Shown piece by piece: positions 25,846 to 35,490 of a DNA stretch of 64,000 bases. Positions within the stretch are counted from its first letter, which is position 1; every line of letters begins with the position of its first letter. Source of the stretch: Thermodesulfobacteriota bacterium (GTDB lineage: Bacteria; Desulfobacterota; Desulfobaccia; Desulfobaccales; 0-14-0-80-60-11); contig JBFLXM010000012.1 in NCBI GenBank assembly GCA_040757175.1, positions 15,806-79,805 of the forward strand, written 5' to 3'. The translations under genes were made by a program, and so were the position numbers. The notes beneath the pieces are model-generated. The model ran no database searches and was not told the DNA's origin. It was given only the letters and a program-made list of their open reading frames with translations.

Positions 25846-27234
25846 TCAGGCCAGGTCTTTCAGTTCGTGCAGGGTCTTCCGCTTGTAACGAAAGCTATAG
25901 TAACTCATGCGCAGCAGGTTGGCGGCCAAGCGGCTGTTGCCCCGGGCCTTTTTCAAGGCTTCTTTGATGAAATGCTTTTCCAGGGCGGCCAAATCCAGCC
26001 CCTCGTCGGGCAGTGGGGGAAAGCCGGCTACAGTGGCGGCCCGGGGCAGGGGGGCGGGGGGGGGCGTTCCCCTCAGGCCCAGATCGGTGAGCTGCAGTTG
26101 GGGGCCGTTCTCCAGCAGCATGCCCCTTTCGATAATATTCCGCAGTTCCCGCACGTTACCTTTCCAGGGATAATGTTGGAGCAGGTTTTCCGCTGCCGGG
26201 GCGATGCCGGTAAACTCCTTCCGGAATTTGCCGCTCAACTCCACCAGAAAGTATTTGGCAATGGGGACAATATCTTCGGGGCGTTCATTTAAGGAGGGCA
26301 CCCGGATTTTGATGACCGCCAGCCGGTAATAAAGATCCGCCCGGAAGAGGCCCTGGTCGATCATGGCCTGGATATCCTTGTTAGTGGCCGAGACCACCCG
26401 GGTGCGCACCTGGAGTTTCTTGGTTCCCCCCAAGCGGTAAAACTCTCCTTTCTCCAGAAAGCGCAGCAGCTTGGCCTGGGCCTCCAGACTCAGGTCGCCC
26501 ACCTCATCCAAAAACAGGGTGCCTCCCCCGGCCTGTTCCACCAAACCTTTCTTGCCGTCGGCCGCGGCGCCGCTAAAGGCTCCCCTTTCGTAACCGAACA
26601 ACTCGCTTTCCAGCAGTTCCCGGGGAATGGCGGCGCAGTTCAAGGTGACAAAAGGCCCCTGGAAATTCGGACTCTGATAATGAATGGCGCTGGCCACCAA
26701 TTCTTTCCCGGTGCCGGATTCCCCCAAAATGATCACCGGGGTGTCCGGGCTTTGGGCCACCCGGGTGACAATCTTCATGACATCTTGGATGGCGTCGCTC
26801 TCTCCGATGAAACAGGGCATATTTTCCCGGAGACTTCTTTCCTGGAGCGCCTGGATCTCCTTTCTCATCTTGATGGTTTTCAGGGCATTCTTGATACTGG
26901 CCCGCAGCAAATCCAGTTGAATAGGTTTGACGATATAATCATGGGCTCCCATCTTCATGGCCTTAATAACCGTGTCAATTTCTTCATACGCGGTAATCAT
27001 GATTACCAGAACTTCCCGGGAGATCTCCTTGATTTTACCCAAGGCGTCGATTCCGTTCATCCCGGGCAGGCCGATATCCAAGAGAATCAAATCCGGGAGA
27101 GCCTCTTGAAGGGCCTTCAGGGCCTCCTCGGCAGTGGTGAAAGTCTTGACCCGGCAATCCTTCTTCAAAGCAAAGGACACGCCCAGTCGGATACTCTCTT
27201 CGTCATCAACAATAAAGATGGAAAAAGGCTGCAT
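25846..27234 (-). CDS. NtrC-family sigma-54-dependent response regulator (REC-AAA+-Fis HTH)
   Basis: IFIVDDE, LLDIGLPG, Walker A GESGTGKE, ELFGYERGAFSGA, LFLDEV, WKGNVREL, C-terminal HTH. Confidence 0.95.
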   Translation of the reverse strand: MQPFSIFIVDDEESIRLGVSFALKKDCRVKTFTTAEEALKALQEALPDLILLDIGLPGMNGIDALGKIKEISREVLVIMITAYEEIDTVIKAMKMGAHDYIVKPIQLDLLRASIKNALKTIKMRKEIQALQERSLRENMPCFIGESDAIQDVMKIVTRVAQSPDTPVIILGESGTGKELVASAIHYQSPNFQGPFVTLNCAAIPRELLESELFGYERGAFSGAAADGKKGLVEQAGGGTLFLDEVGDLSLEAQAKLLRFLEKGEFYRLGGTKKLQVRTRVVSATNKDIQAMIDQGLFRADLYYRLAVIKIRVPSLNERPEDIVPIAKYFLVELSGKFRKEFTGIAPAAENLLQHYPWKGNVRELRNIIERGMLLENGPQLQLTDLGLRGTPPPAPLPRAATVAGFPPLPDEGLDLAALEKHFIKEALKKARGNSRLAANLLRMSYYSFRYKRKTLHELKDLA

Positions 27235-30200
27235 CAGGCCGAACCTCGCTTTTCCCTGGGCAGGCGGATAACAAACTTGGTGCCCCCTAAATCCGAGGAG
27301 GATACTTCTATGTTGCCCCCATGGTCGGCAATAATCCTTTGACAGAGGCTTAAGCCGATCCCTGAGCCATCGCTTTTGGTGGTAAAAAATGGATCAAAAA
27401 TCTTATCCCGGATAGCCGGAGGGATGCCCGGGCCGGAATCCTCAATAGCGATGAGGACAGCATCCTGCACGGTTTGGGTGGCGATATGGATGTGCCCCGG
27501 TTTCCCCGTGCTCCGCAAAGCCTCGGCGGCATTAGTGATCATATTGATGATGGCCTGTTCCAATAACGGTTGATCCGCATACACCAGGGGCAGGTCTGCC
27601 GCCAGGCTGCTGTCGATCCTTACATTATCTTTTCGTAACTTCGCGGCCGTAAGTTTAAGGGCATCGTCCACCGCCAGATTAATATTGGACCGGGCTAATT
27701 TCAAGGCCGCCGGCCGGGAGAAGTCCAGCACCCTCTTGATCACTCCTTCAATCTTATTCGAGGCGGTCTGGGCGGCCTCGATAAGTTCCAGGACATCGCC
27801 CGCGTTTTCCGGATCCTGGAAGTTCTCTTTGATGCTTTCCAAAAAGACATTGATCCCGGAAAGGGGATTTCTAATTTCATGGGCAATGCCCGTGGCCACT
27901 TGGCCCAAGGAGGCCATTTTCTCCCGGATGAGCATCAGGAATTCCAGTTCCTTGGTCCGGCTGATATCCACCATGATGATGAGCACGGCCTTCTGGCCCC
28001 GGTAGTCGATGATGCTGCTCCGGCAATTGACCCAGATCAAGGCTTTTTCCGGGCCTGTGCTGCCAAGGGGGGCGAATCTCAGGGTAATATCGGCCTGGGA
28101 CAGATTAGCCATGATCCCTTGACAAAATTGCTCGGCTTTCGACAGATCATCCGGATGCACGCAGATGAGCAAGTCGCGGCAACTCTGAATGGGCAGGTGG
28201 CCGAACAGCCTTTCTTGTTCCGGGTTCTGATAAACCAGATCGCCATCTTGGATAATCATGATCCCCATGGGCACGTTTTCCACCAGGCCCCGGAAACGCC
28301 GCTCGCTTTCCTGGATGGCGGCTTCGCTTTCCCGGAGCTCTTCTTCCATCCTTTTCCGTTCCGTGATGTCGTCCAAGACTCCCAGCACTCCCATTACCGT
28401 GCCATCTGCAGCCAGAAGGGGAATCTTGGTGGCCTCCACCCATATCTGCCGGCCATCAGCCAGTGGTATGGTTTTAATTTTGTGGTACTCACCCTGTCTG
28501 GTTTGTATCACCTTCCGGTCTTCGGCCAGGTAGGTTTCTATCTCCTCCTGCTCCCAGGGCAGATCATGCTCGGTTTTGCCCACTATCGTCCCGGGCGTCT
28601 CCAACCCTACAGCCCGGGCGCAATTTAGGTTGCAGCCCAGATAGACGGAGTTGAGGTCTTTCCAGAAAATAATCTGGGGCACGGTATTGATGACCAGGGA
28701 GAGCATGCTTTCCCGTTCCCTGATGGACTCCTCCGCCTGATTCTGCTCGGTGATGTCCCGCCCTACTTCCACTACCCCGGTTATCTGTCCCGAGGCGTCG
28801 ATGAGGGGGAAGGTGGACAGATTGATATGCCTGAGGCCTCCACGCTCCGCCAGCTCGAAGGTCACAATCTTTTCATTCGGCTGCCCTGTTTCCAGAGTCC
28901 GCAGGGCTGTGCAATCCTCGCAAGGCTGGCTGGCATGGTGTAAGACCTCATAACATTTCTTCCCCAACAGGGGCATTTCCGGGGCAAAGGCCCGCTCTCT
29001 GGCGGGATTGACCCGGAGGATGTTGAGGTCCCTGTCTAAAATGGTGATATAGTCCTGGATGCTGGCGAAGACGCTGGCCAGGAAGCTTTCGCTCTCCTTA
29101 AGAGCGTCTTCCGCTTGCCGGCGTTTGGTTATGTCCGTGTCTGCGCCCCGATAGCCAATAATGTCGCCATTATTGTCCAGTATGGGCACACCGCTGGTCG
29201 ACAACCACACCTCCCGGCCATCCTTATGGATGTTCCGATTGATGAATTCCTGAAAAGGCAACTTGGCCTCAAAGATTTCTAAGGCTTTGTGCTTCAATTC
29301 TTCCTGGTCATCGGGGTGGAAAAATTCAGAAAAATTCCGGTTCAGGATTTCCTCCGGCCTATATCCCATTAATCTTTCCACCATAGAGCTGGAATACGTG
29401 TATTTTCCATGCGCGTCTACTTCCCAAATCCACTCCAGGGAATTATCGGCAATATCCCTAAACCTTTGTTCACTCTCCCTCAGGGCCTCTTCCATCTGGC
29501 GGCGTGCGGAGATATCCAGGCCCATTCCCACCAGGAACGGTCTGCCTTCCATGGTGATGCGCCGGCCCGTGAATAAGTAAGGGGTTTTGCCCCCATCTTT
29601 GGAGACCAACTCCGCTTCAACGTGCGCCTCCCCGGCGGCAAAGGTGGTTTGGACGGCTTCTTGGATGCGGGATTTATCCTGGCCGGTGAAGAAATCCAGG
29701 GGATGCAAGGCGTCAATCTCCGGGGCCGAGTACTTCGATATCTCCTCCAGGTTTTTATTCCATCGCGCTATTCTCCCTGCTGCATCGAAAAGGTAAAAGA
29801 TGCCCGGCAGGCTCTCCATGATGGACAGGGTGAGGTCCCGTTCCTTCCGGAGTTCCTCCTCTGCGCGTTTGCGTTGGGTAATGTCATGGCTCACCACCGC
29901 GGCATAGGCCACGGTCCCGTCTGCATTAAAATAAGGATTATAGGAAACGCTATAACAGCCCATGCCCCTCTTTCCGAAAGGAAACCACCCCTCGAATTCC
30001 ACCGCCTGCCCGGTAAAGCATTGGTCTAAAAAGGGTTTAATAGTGGAGTCAAAGGTATCCTGTCCCCAAATGCTGGCCACGCTCTGTCCCACCACTTCTT
30101 CCCGGGTCTTGCCGTGGGCCTGGCAATAGGCGGCATTGGCCGCCTCGTAAAGGTAATTGCGGTCGATCAAGGTCATGCAGTCTTTGGCGGTGTTGGCGAT

Positions 30201-33200
30201 GAACTCATATTTGAGCAAAGCTTCTGCCGCTTTTTTCCGCGCGGTGATGTCAGAGATTACCCCGCTGATATAGTCAATCTTGCCGTGGGCATCCAGGAAG
30301 ATGCGGCCCTGGACCTGGACCCAGATAATCTCCCCGGACTTCTTGCGGATGCGGTATTCTCTCTCATAGGTCCCCGTGGTCTTTAGGCCTTCGAGGAATT
30401 TACCTTTAGCCTGGGGGAGGTCTTCTGCCAGAACCAGGTCGGACCATTTCCGGCGGCGGCTGTCAAAATCTTCCTTGGGGTATCCCGTTAATGTCTCAAT
30501 TTTCCGGTCATCAAAAGTATCCATGCTCCAGTCCGCGTAGCCCCGGAAGACCACCGCCGGGATCTGGCCAACCAACAACCGGTACTTTTCTTCGCTCTCC
30601 CGCAGGGCCCGTTCCGCGGCCTTGCGTCGCGAAATATCCCGGCATACGCAGAATACCAGCTTCCGCCCCCCCAACACGACGCCGTTTGAACTGATTTCCA
30701 CGTCAAAGATGGTGCCGTCCCGCCGGCGATAGCGGGTCTCGAAGTGATCCCCGGTATCATCGACGGTTCGGAGCATTTCCAACAGTTCTTCCCGGGTCCA
30801 TTGCGCGTCCCAATCCCAGACGTATAGCCGGCTAACTTCCTCGGGGGAATATCCCAACATCTGGGCATATCGCTGGTTTGCCTCGTAGACCTGGCCGGTT
30901 TCATCCAGGACGACGATCCCGTCTCGCGACTGCTCCACCAGGATGCGCCTGCGGATGGCTTCTTCCGCCAGGGCCTCCTCCGCCTGCTTGCGCGCGGTGA
31001 TATCTTCATATACCCCCAAAACCCCAAAGACCTCACCGTTAGACATCCGCAACGGCACTTTGCTGGTATTCAGCCAGATCTTGTCGCCTGTGGGGGTGGT
31101 TTGCGGCTCGATGATGTTCATCTTGGGGAGACCGGATTCCATGACCAGGCGGTCATCCGCCCGGTAAAGCTCCGCCTGTTCCCTCCAGCCCATGGCAAAG
31201 TCGTCCAGGCCTACAAGCTGCCCGGGCCAGCTTAAGCCTGCATCCCGGGCAAAAAGGGTATTGCACCCCAAGTAACGGGATTCCCTGTCCTTCCAAAAAA
31301 CCCTGACGGGTATCGATTCCATAATCAGTTGCAGCATGTTCATGGATTGCTCGAGCTGCTGGGCGGTCTTCTGCAACTCCAGGTGTTTCTTAGATAACGC
31401 CTCCTCCGCTTGTTTGCGCTCAGTGATATCTTGCACCACCTCGATGAATCCAGTAATCTCGCCATCGGCACCGAAACTCGGGAAGGCATAATTGGCTGTC
31501 ACAAAAGTAGTCCCATCATCCCGGACGCCCTCAGTTTCAACCTCGGCCAACTTACCGGTGGCCATCGCTATTCTCCCCGGGCAGTGTGGACATACGGCAT
31601 TTCGTTTTTCCAATTCTCGGAAACACTCCTTACCAATAAATTCACTCACAGGTTTGTTAAATTTTTTTCCAAACGCGTTATTCACCATTTTTATCCGGTA
31701 GTCGGAGCCTATTAAAGTTATGCCGAGATCAATGTTCTCCACCAGGGATCGGTAGCGTTCCTCACTTACGAGCAACGCCTCCTCCGCCTGCTTGCGCTCG
31801 GAGATGTCGATGTGGCAGCCCATCATGCGATAGGGCTTTCCCGCAGCGTCCTTGATGACCGCCCCCCGGGCGTTGATCCAGCGATACGTGCCGTCTTTGT
31901 GCCGCAGCCGGAACTCGATATCATATTCCGGCGAGCGGTCGTCAAAGTATTCCTGCAAAGCGGCCAGGGTGCTTTCCCGGTCATCGGGATGCAGGCGGGA
32001 CTCCCATTCTTCGTAACGATGTGAGATTTCGTGATCCGCGTAGCCTAACTGTCCTTTCCATTCCGGCGAGAAATAGACCTGATCCGTGCGCAGGTCCCAG
32101 TCCCAGAGGCCGGTGTTTGACCCTTGAAGGGCCAGCCGCAGCCGTTCTTGGGTCTCCCGCAGCGCCTCCTCCGCCCGCTTGCGGGCCGTAATGTCGGTGG
32201 CGATATGGATGACTTTCTTCAGGTTTCCCTGGCCATCAAACACCGGGGTGCAGGAAACCAGATAGGTGCCCTCCAGGGCCTCCACCTCCATTTCCATGGT
32301 TTCCACCCGCCCGGAAGCCAGCAGCTTCTCCATGGGACAATACGGTGCCGGGCCATCGCTCCGGAAGTGGAGCAATTCGTAACATCTCCGGCCCAGAATC
32401 TCTTCCAGGGGCAACCCCAACGCAGTCAGGGCCGCCCGGTTGGCCGCGGTGATCTTCTGTTCCTGATCCAGGAGAAAAGTGGGTTGGCCGATGGCCTGAA
32501 AGATCTCTTCCCAATCCCGGCGGGCTTCCTGCAAAGCCTCCTCCGCCTCCTTGCGCGCGGTGATATCCCGATGGATGGCCAGGAAGCCGATGGTCTGCCC
32601 TTGCTTATCCTTGACCGGGGTGCCCAGGGTTTCACACGTTACGGGACTGCCATCCTTGCGCCGGTATTGCCTTTCAAAGATCGTTTGCTGGGGCTGGGCG
32701 CCCACATGGTAGCGCGATTTTCCCAGCTCCTCGTATTCGGCCTTGCTGTTGTACAGGAACTCGGTAGTCTGCCCGATGATCTCTTCCAGGCTCCAGCCGA
32801 ACATGGCCAGGAAGGCCGGGTTGGCCATGACCACGCGGCGCTGGATATCCGCGAAGAGGGCGCCGTCGCTGATGGCATTGAAAATGGCCTCAAACTCCAC
32901 GTTCTTGCGGGCCAGATCGTCTTTCGCCTGCATCCGCTCGGTGACGTCCCGGATGTATTCAATTACCCCGGTGACCTGGCCGCTGGCCAGGTCCTGCAAG
33001 GGGTAGGCAAAGGTCTCCACCCAATCCGTTTCATCCCCACGTGTGTACTTTTTTAATAGATACCCCGTCTTTCCCGTCTCCATGGCCTGGCGGCAGGGGC
33101 ACTCTTCGCAGGGTTGGGAAAGGCCGTGGCGGAGTTCGTAACACTTCCGGCCCACTATGGGCAGGTCGTGACGAAATTGGTGTTCCTCGGAGGGGTTTGC

Positions 33201-34373
33201 CCGGAGGATGGTGAAATCCCGGTCCATGACGACGATGCCGTCCTGGATGCTGGCGAAGACGCTGGCTAAAAAGTTCTCCCGCTCCCGCAGGGCTTCCTGG
33301 GCCTCTTCTATCTCCGCCAGGCGGGCCTGGATGGCGGCCAGCATTACTTCCATGGCCTGGGATAAGGTTGCTACTTCGTTGCCCCCCCGGCTCACGGCCA
33401 TCTCTTTACTGGAAAATTCCTTGATTACGCCCACGGCCCGCTCTTGCAATTGGCGCAAAGGCCTGACAATGGAGAAGGCCAGCCCGGAGCCGATGCCGAT
33501 AATGCCGATGACCACCCCGAAAAAGCTCAAAAAGAGGTGCCTTTCCTTCTGCTCTAACAGGTTATGGATAGGGGTGGTGTCGGTATTGACCACTAAACAG
33601 ACGGTCTCATCGCCGATATCCAGGGGCACATGGAAAGAACTGGTGTTTGCCTGGGGATCAATGTGAAAGAATGACCTTTTTTCATTCAGGCTGCGGGTGA
33701 CCCAGGGCAGGCCCACTTTCTGGCGCTCGCCTGGCGGCCAGGAACTGGCCATGATCTGGTAAGGCGTGCTAAAAGAAATGCTGGTGTGGGTGGCCGCGGC
33801 GATCTTCCGGGCAAAGGCGTCATCCAGGAAGATGCCCAGGATCAGAACCCCGCATTGCTCTGTTTCCCGGGAGAGCGGCGTCAAGGTGCGAATGGCCCAA
33901 CCCTGGGGACCGTAGCCGGTCTCCAGGATGGTTTCTCCCGCTAAAGCCTCCTCCAGGCCCCAGCCCAGGGAGATGAGGCCGCCATGTTCCGGGTCAGAGG
34001 CCTGATAGGCTATCTTGCCCCGGCTGTCGGTCACCATCAAGAAATCCACCCCCATGGGGGCCAGGGTGAGGTATAAAGAGTTTATGGTCTCCTGTAACGG
34101 TTTTACTTCGCCATGGGCCTGGTATTGGTTGAGGCTGTTCACCAATTGGTCATTTTGTTTTAACAACTGCGATAATGTGGATATATTCTTAACTGTTTTC
34201 TGAATATCGGCATTTACCCAATAAGTTATATCACGGGCCTCACTGGCTTCCCTGGCTTCCATGGTTTCCTGCAGGGTGTTTGCATTTAAGTAAAAGCCGA
34301 TAAAAAGAGAACTGCCGGCAACCATGATCAGAATGGCCAGAATCAGATATAAAAGGCTATATTTGAATCGCAT
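27234..34373 (-). CDS. Membrane sensor histidine kinase with 14 tandem PAS domains (2379 aa)
   Basis: TM1, periplasmic Cache-like region, TM2, HAMP, 14 PAS units each closed by a DIT/DIS/DVT-type motif, H-box AHEIRNPL, N/G boxes (NMITNA, EDSGPG, FFTTK, GSGIGL). Confidence 0.93.
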   Translation of the reverse strand: MRFKYSLLYLILAILIMVAGSSLFIGFYLNANTLQETMEAREASEARDITYWVNADIQKTVKNISTLSQLLKQNDQLVNSLNQYQAHGEVKPLQETINSLYLTLAPMGVDFLMVTDSRGKIAYQASDPEHGGLISLGWGLEEALAGETILETGYGPQGWAIRTLTPLSRETEQCGVLILGIFLDDAFARKIAAATHTSISFSTPYQIMASSWPPGERQKVGLPWVTRSLNEKRSFFHIDPQANTSSFHVPLDIGDETVCLVVNTDTTPIHNLLEQKERHLFLSFFGVVIGIIGIGSGLAFSIVRPLRQLQERAVGVIKEFSSKEMAVSRGGNEVATLSQAMEVMLAAIQARLAEIEEAQEALRERENFLASVFASIQDGIVVMDRDFTILRANPSEEHQFRHDLPIVGRKCYELRHGLSQPCEECPCRQAMETGKTGYLLKKYTRGDETDWVETFAYPLQDLASGQVTGVIEYIRDVTERMQAKDDLARKNVEFEAIFNAISDGALFADIQRRVVMANPAFLAMFGWSLEEIIGQTTEFLYNSKAEYEELGKSRYHVGAQPQQTIFERQYRRKDGSPVTCETLGTPVKDKQGQTIGFLAIHRDITARKEAEEALQEARRDWEEIFQAIGQPTFLLDQEQKITAANRAALTALGLPLEEILGRRCYELLHFRSDGPAPYCPMEKLLASGRVETMEMEVEALEGTYLVSCTPVFDGQGNLKKVIHIATDITARKRAEEALRETQERLRLALQGSNTGLWDWDLRTDQVYFSPEWKGQLGYADHEISHRYEEWESRLHPDDRESTLAALQEYFDDRSPEYDIEFRLRHKDGTYRWINARGAVIKDAAGKPYRMMGCHIDISERKQAEEALLVSEERYRSLVENIDLGITLIGSDYRIKMVNNAFGKKFNKPVSEFIGKECFRELEKRNAVCPHCPGRIAMATGKLAEVETEGVRDDGTTFVTANYAFPSFGADGEITGFIEVVQDITERKQAEEALSKKHLELQKTAQQLEQSMNMLQLIMESIPVRVFWKDRESRYLGCNTLFARDAGLSWPGQLVGLDDFAMGWREQAELYRADDRLVMESGLPKMNIIEPQTTPTGDKIWLNTSKVPLRMSNGEVFGVLGVYEDITARKQAEEALAEEAIRRRILVEQSRDGIVVLDETGQVYEANQRYAQMLGYSPEEVSRLYVWDWDAQWTREELLEMLRTVDDTGDHFETRYRRRDGTIFDVEISSNGVVLGGRKLVFCVCRDISRRKAAERALRESEEKYRLLVGQIPAVVFRGYADWSMDTFDDRKIETLTGYPKEDFDSRRRKWSDLVLAEDLPQAKGKFLEGLKTTGTYEREYRIRKKSGEIIWVQVQGRIFLDAHGKIDYISGVISDITARKKAAEALLKYEFIANTAKDCMTLIDRNYLYEAANAAYCQAHGKTREEVVGQSVASIWGQDTFDSTIKPFLDQCFTGQAVEFEGWFPFGKRGMGCYSVSYNPYFNADGTVAYAAVVSHDITQRKRAEEELRKERDLTLSIMESLPGIFYLFDAAGRIARWNKNLEEISKYSAPEIDALHPLDFFTGQDKSRIQEAVQTTFAAGEAHVEAELVSKDGGKTPYLFTGRRITMEGRPFLVGMGLDISARRQMEEALRESEQRFRDIADNSLEWIWEVDAHGKYTYSSSMVERLMGYRPEEILNRNFSEFFHPDDQEELKHKALEIFEAKLPFQEFINRNIHKDGREVWLSTSGVPILDNNGDIIGYRGADTDITKRRQAEDALKESESFLASVFASIQDYITILDRDLNILRVNPARERAFAPEMPLLGKKCYEVLHHASQPCEDCTALRTLETGQPNEKIVTFELAERGGLRHINLSTFPLIDASGQITGVVEVGRDITEQNQAEESIRERESMLSLVINTVPQIIFWKDLNSVYLGCNLNCARAVGLETPGTIVGKTEHDLPWEQEEIETYLAEDRKVIQTRQGEYHKIKTIPLADGRQIWVEATKIPLLAADGTVMGVLGVLDDITERKRMEEELRESEAAIQESERRFRGLVENVPMGIMIIQDGDLVYQNPEQERLFGHLPIQSCRDLLICVHPDDLSKAEQFCQGIMANLSQADITLRFAPLGSTGPEKALIWVNCRSSIIDYRGQKAVLIIMVDISRTKELEFLMLIREKMASLGQVATGIAHEIRNPLSGINVFLESIKENFQDPENAGDVLELIEAAQTASNKIEGVIKRVLDFSRPAALKLARSNINLAVDDALKLTAAKLRKDNVRIDSSLAADLPLVYADQPLLEQAIINMITNAAEALRSTGKPGHIHIATQTVQDAVLIAIEDSGPGIPPAIRDKIFDPFFTTKSDGSGIGLSLCQRIIADHGGNIEVSSSDLGGTKFVIRLPREKRGSA

Positions 34374-34376
34374 AAG

Positions 34377-35240
34377 CTATTCCTTATCAACCGGTATTAC
34401 TCCGTATTGTTCCATGAGCTGCTGGCATTCTTTGGAAAAAATGAAATCAAGGAAGAGCCTGGCTAGGTTATTCAGTCGCTCTTCTTTGTACACCAGGGCG
34501 TAGGGCCCGAGAAACTTGTACTTACCGGACCGGGCGGTTTCCGGAGTGGGGGCGATGCCGTCCAGGGCCAGAGGGTAAACGGGAGTTTGGGCCCCTTTCA
34601 GGGCGCTGAAAGTGAGCCAGCCGATGGCATATTTATATTTCTGCAACATCTCCAACATCTTGGGGTCGGTATGAGTCACCTTGGCGCTCGGGGGGTAGGT
34701 TATATTCCGAAATGACGGCAGATTTTCCTGGATTATCTTTAGATTGGAATCCCCTGGCTGCCGCGCCAACAACCGGATGGGACCGGGATCGCCCCCTAGC
34801 TCCCGCCAGTCGGTAATCTTGCCGGTGTACACGTCCACTATTTGGGCGCTGGTCAGGTCTTTAACCGTCACCTTGCCGCCCACGGCAAAGATGGTCATAT
34901 CCTGGGCAAAGACCCGATACTGCAGCCCTTGGGTGGTCTGATCACCTTGCTGGGACTGGGCCACCCTGGCCAGCACCGCCTGGTCCTGGCGCACGGCGCG
35001 GATGCCGCCGCTGGTGCCGACACTGGGGGGTAGTAAAACCTGGTGGTCCGGATATTTGGCGGTAAAAGCCCGGGCCACCGCCCGGAGCAATACCTCGCAG
35101 GCCCCGGTGCCGGGAATTTCCAGGGTGTCGGCCCGGACCACGGCCGGGAAAAGCGCCGGGAACAGGAATAAAAATAAAAAGAGACGGACCCATAAACCGC
35201 AAACTTTCTTTACTATCCCCATCATCAGTGCCGGTTGCAT
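34377..35240 (-). CDS. PstS-like periplasmic substrate-binding protein
   Basis: Signal peptide, LEIPGTG, SVGTSGGIRAV, IVDVYTGKITDWRELGG, AIGWL..LALDGIAPT..SGKY typical of the phosphate-binding-protein-like family. No permease nearby. Confidence 0.85.
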   Translation of the reverse strand: MQPALMMGIVKKVCGLWVRLFLFLFLFPALFPAVVRADTLEIPGTGACEVLLRAVARAFTAKYPDHQVLLPPSVGTSGGIRAVRQDQAVLARVAQSQQGDQTTQGLQYRVFAQDMTIFAVGGKVTVKDLTSAQIVDVYTGKITDWRELGGDPGPIRLLARQPGDSNLKIIQENLPSFRNITYPPSAKVTHTDPKMLEMLQKYKYAIGWLTFSALKGAQTPVYPLALDGIAPTPETARSGKYKFLGPYALVYKEERLNNLARLFLDFIFSKECQQLMEQYGVIPVDKE

Positions 35241-35360
35241 ATAGTTCTTCCTCTGTCTGGGATGGAGGTGAGGGAAATTTACATCATGATACGATAACTA
35301 TCGGCATTTCACCCATAATTAAGTACAGTAATTTCGGGACCTCTGAAAAGAGGTATCTTC

Positions 35361-35434
35361 TGTCATTCTCAGGGAGCGAAACGGCTGGAGAATTTCATAA
35401 GTATACAAGATCCTTCGCTTCGCTCAGGATGACA
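35361..35434. repeat. GTCATTC..GGATGAC-type palindromic repeat element
   Basis: TGTCATTCTCAGGGAGCGAA ... AGATCCTTCGCTTCGCTCAGGATGACA, imperfect terminal complementarity. Confidence 0.7.
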
Positions 35435-35490
35435 AAGCTGGACTGTTGCGAGGTCCCCTCTTTTCCAAACGACGTTTAAGAATAATAGGT

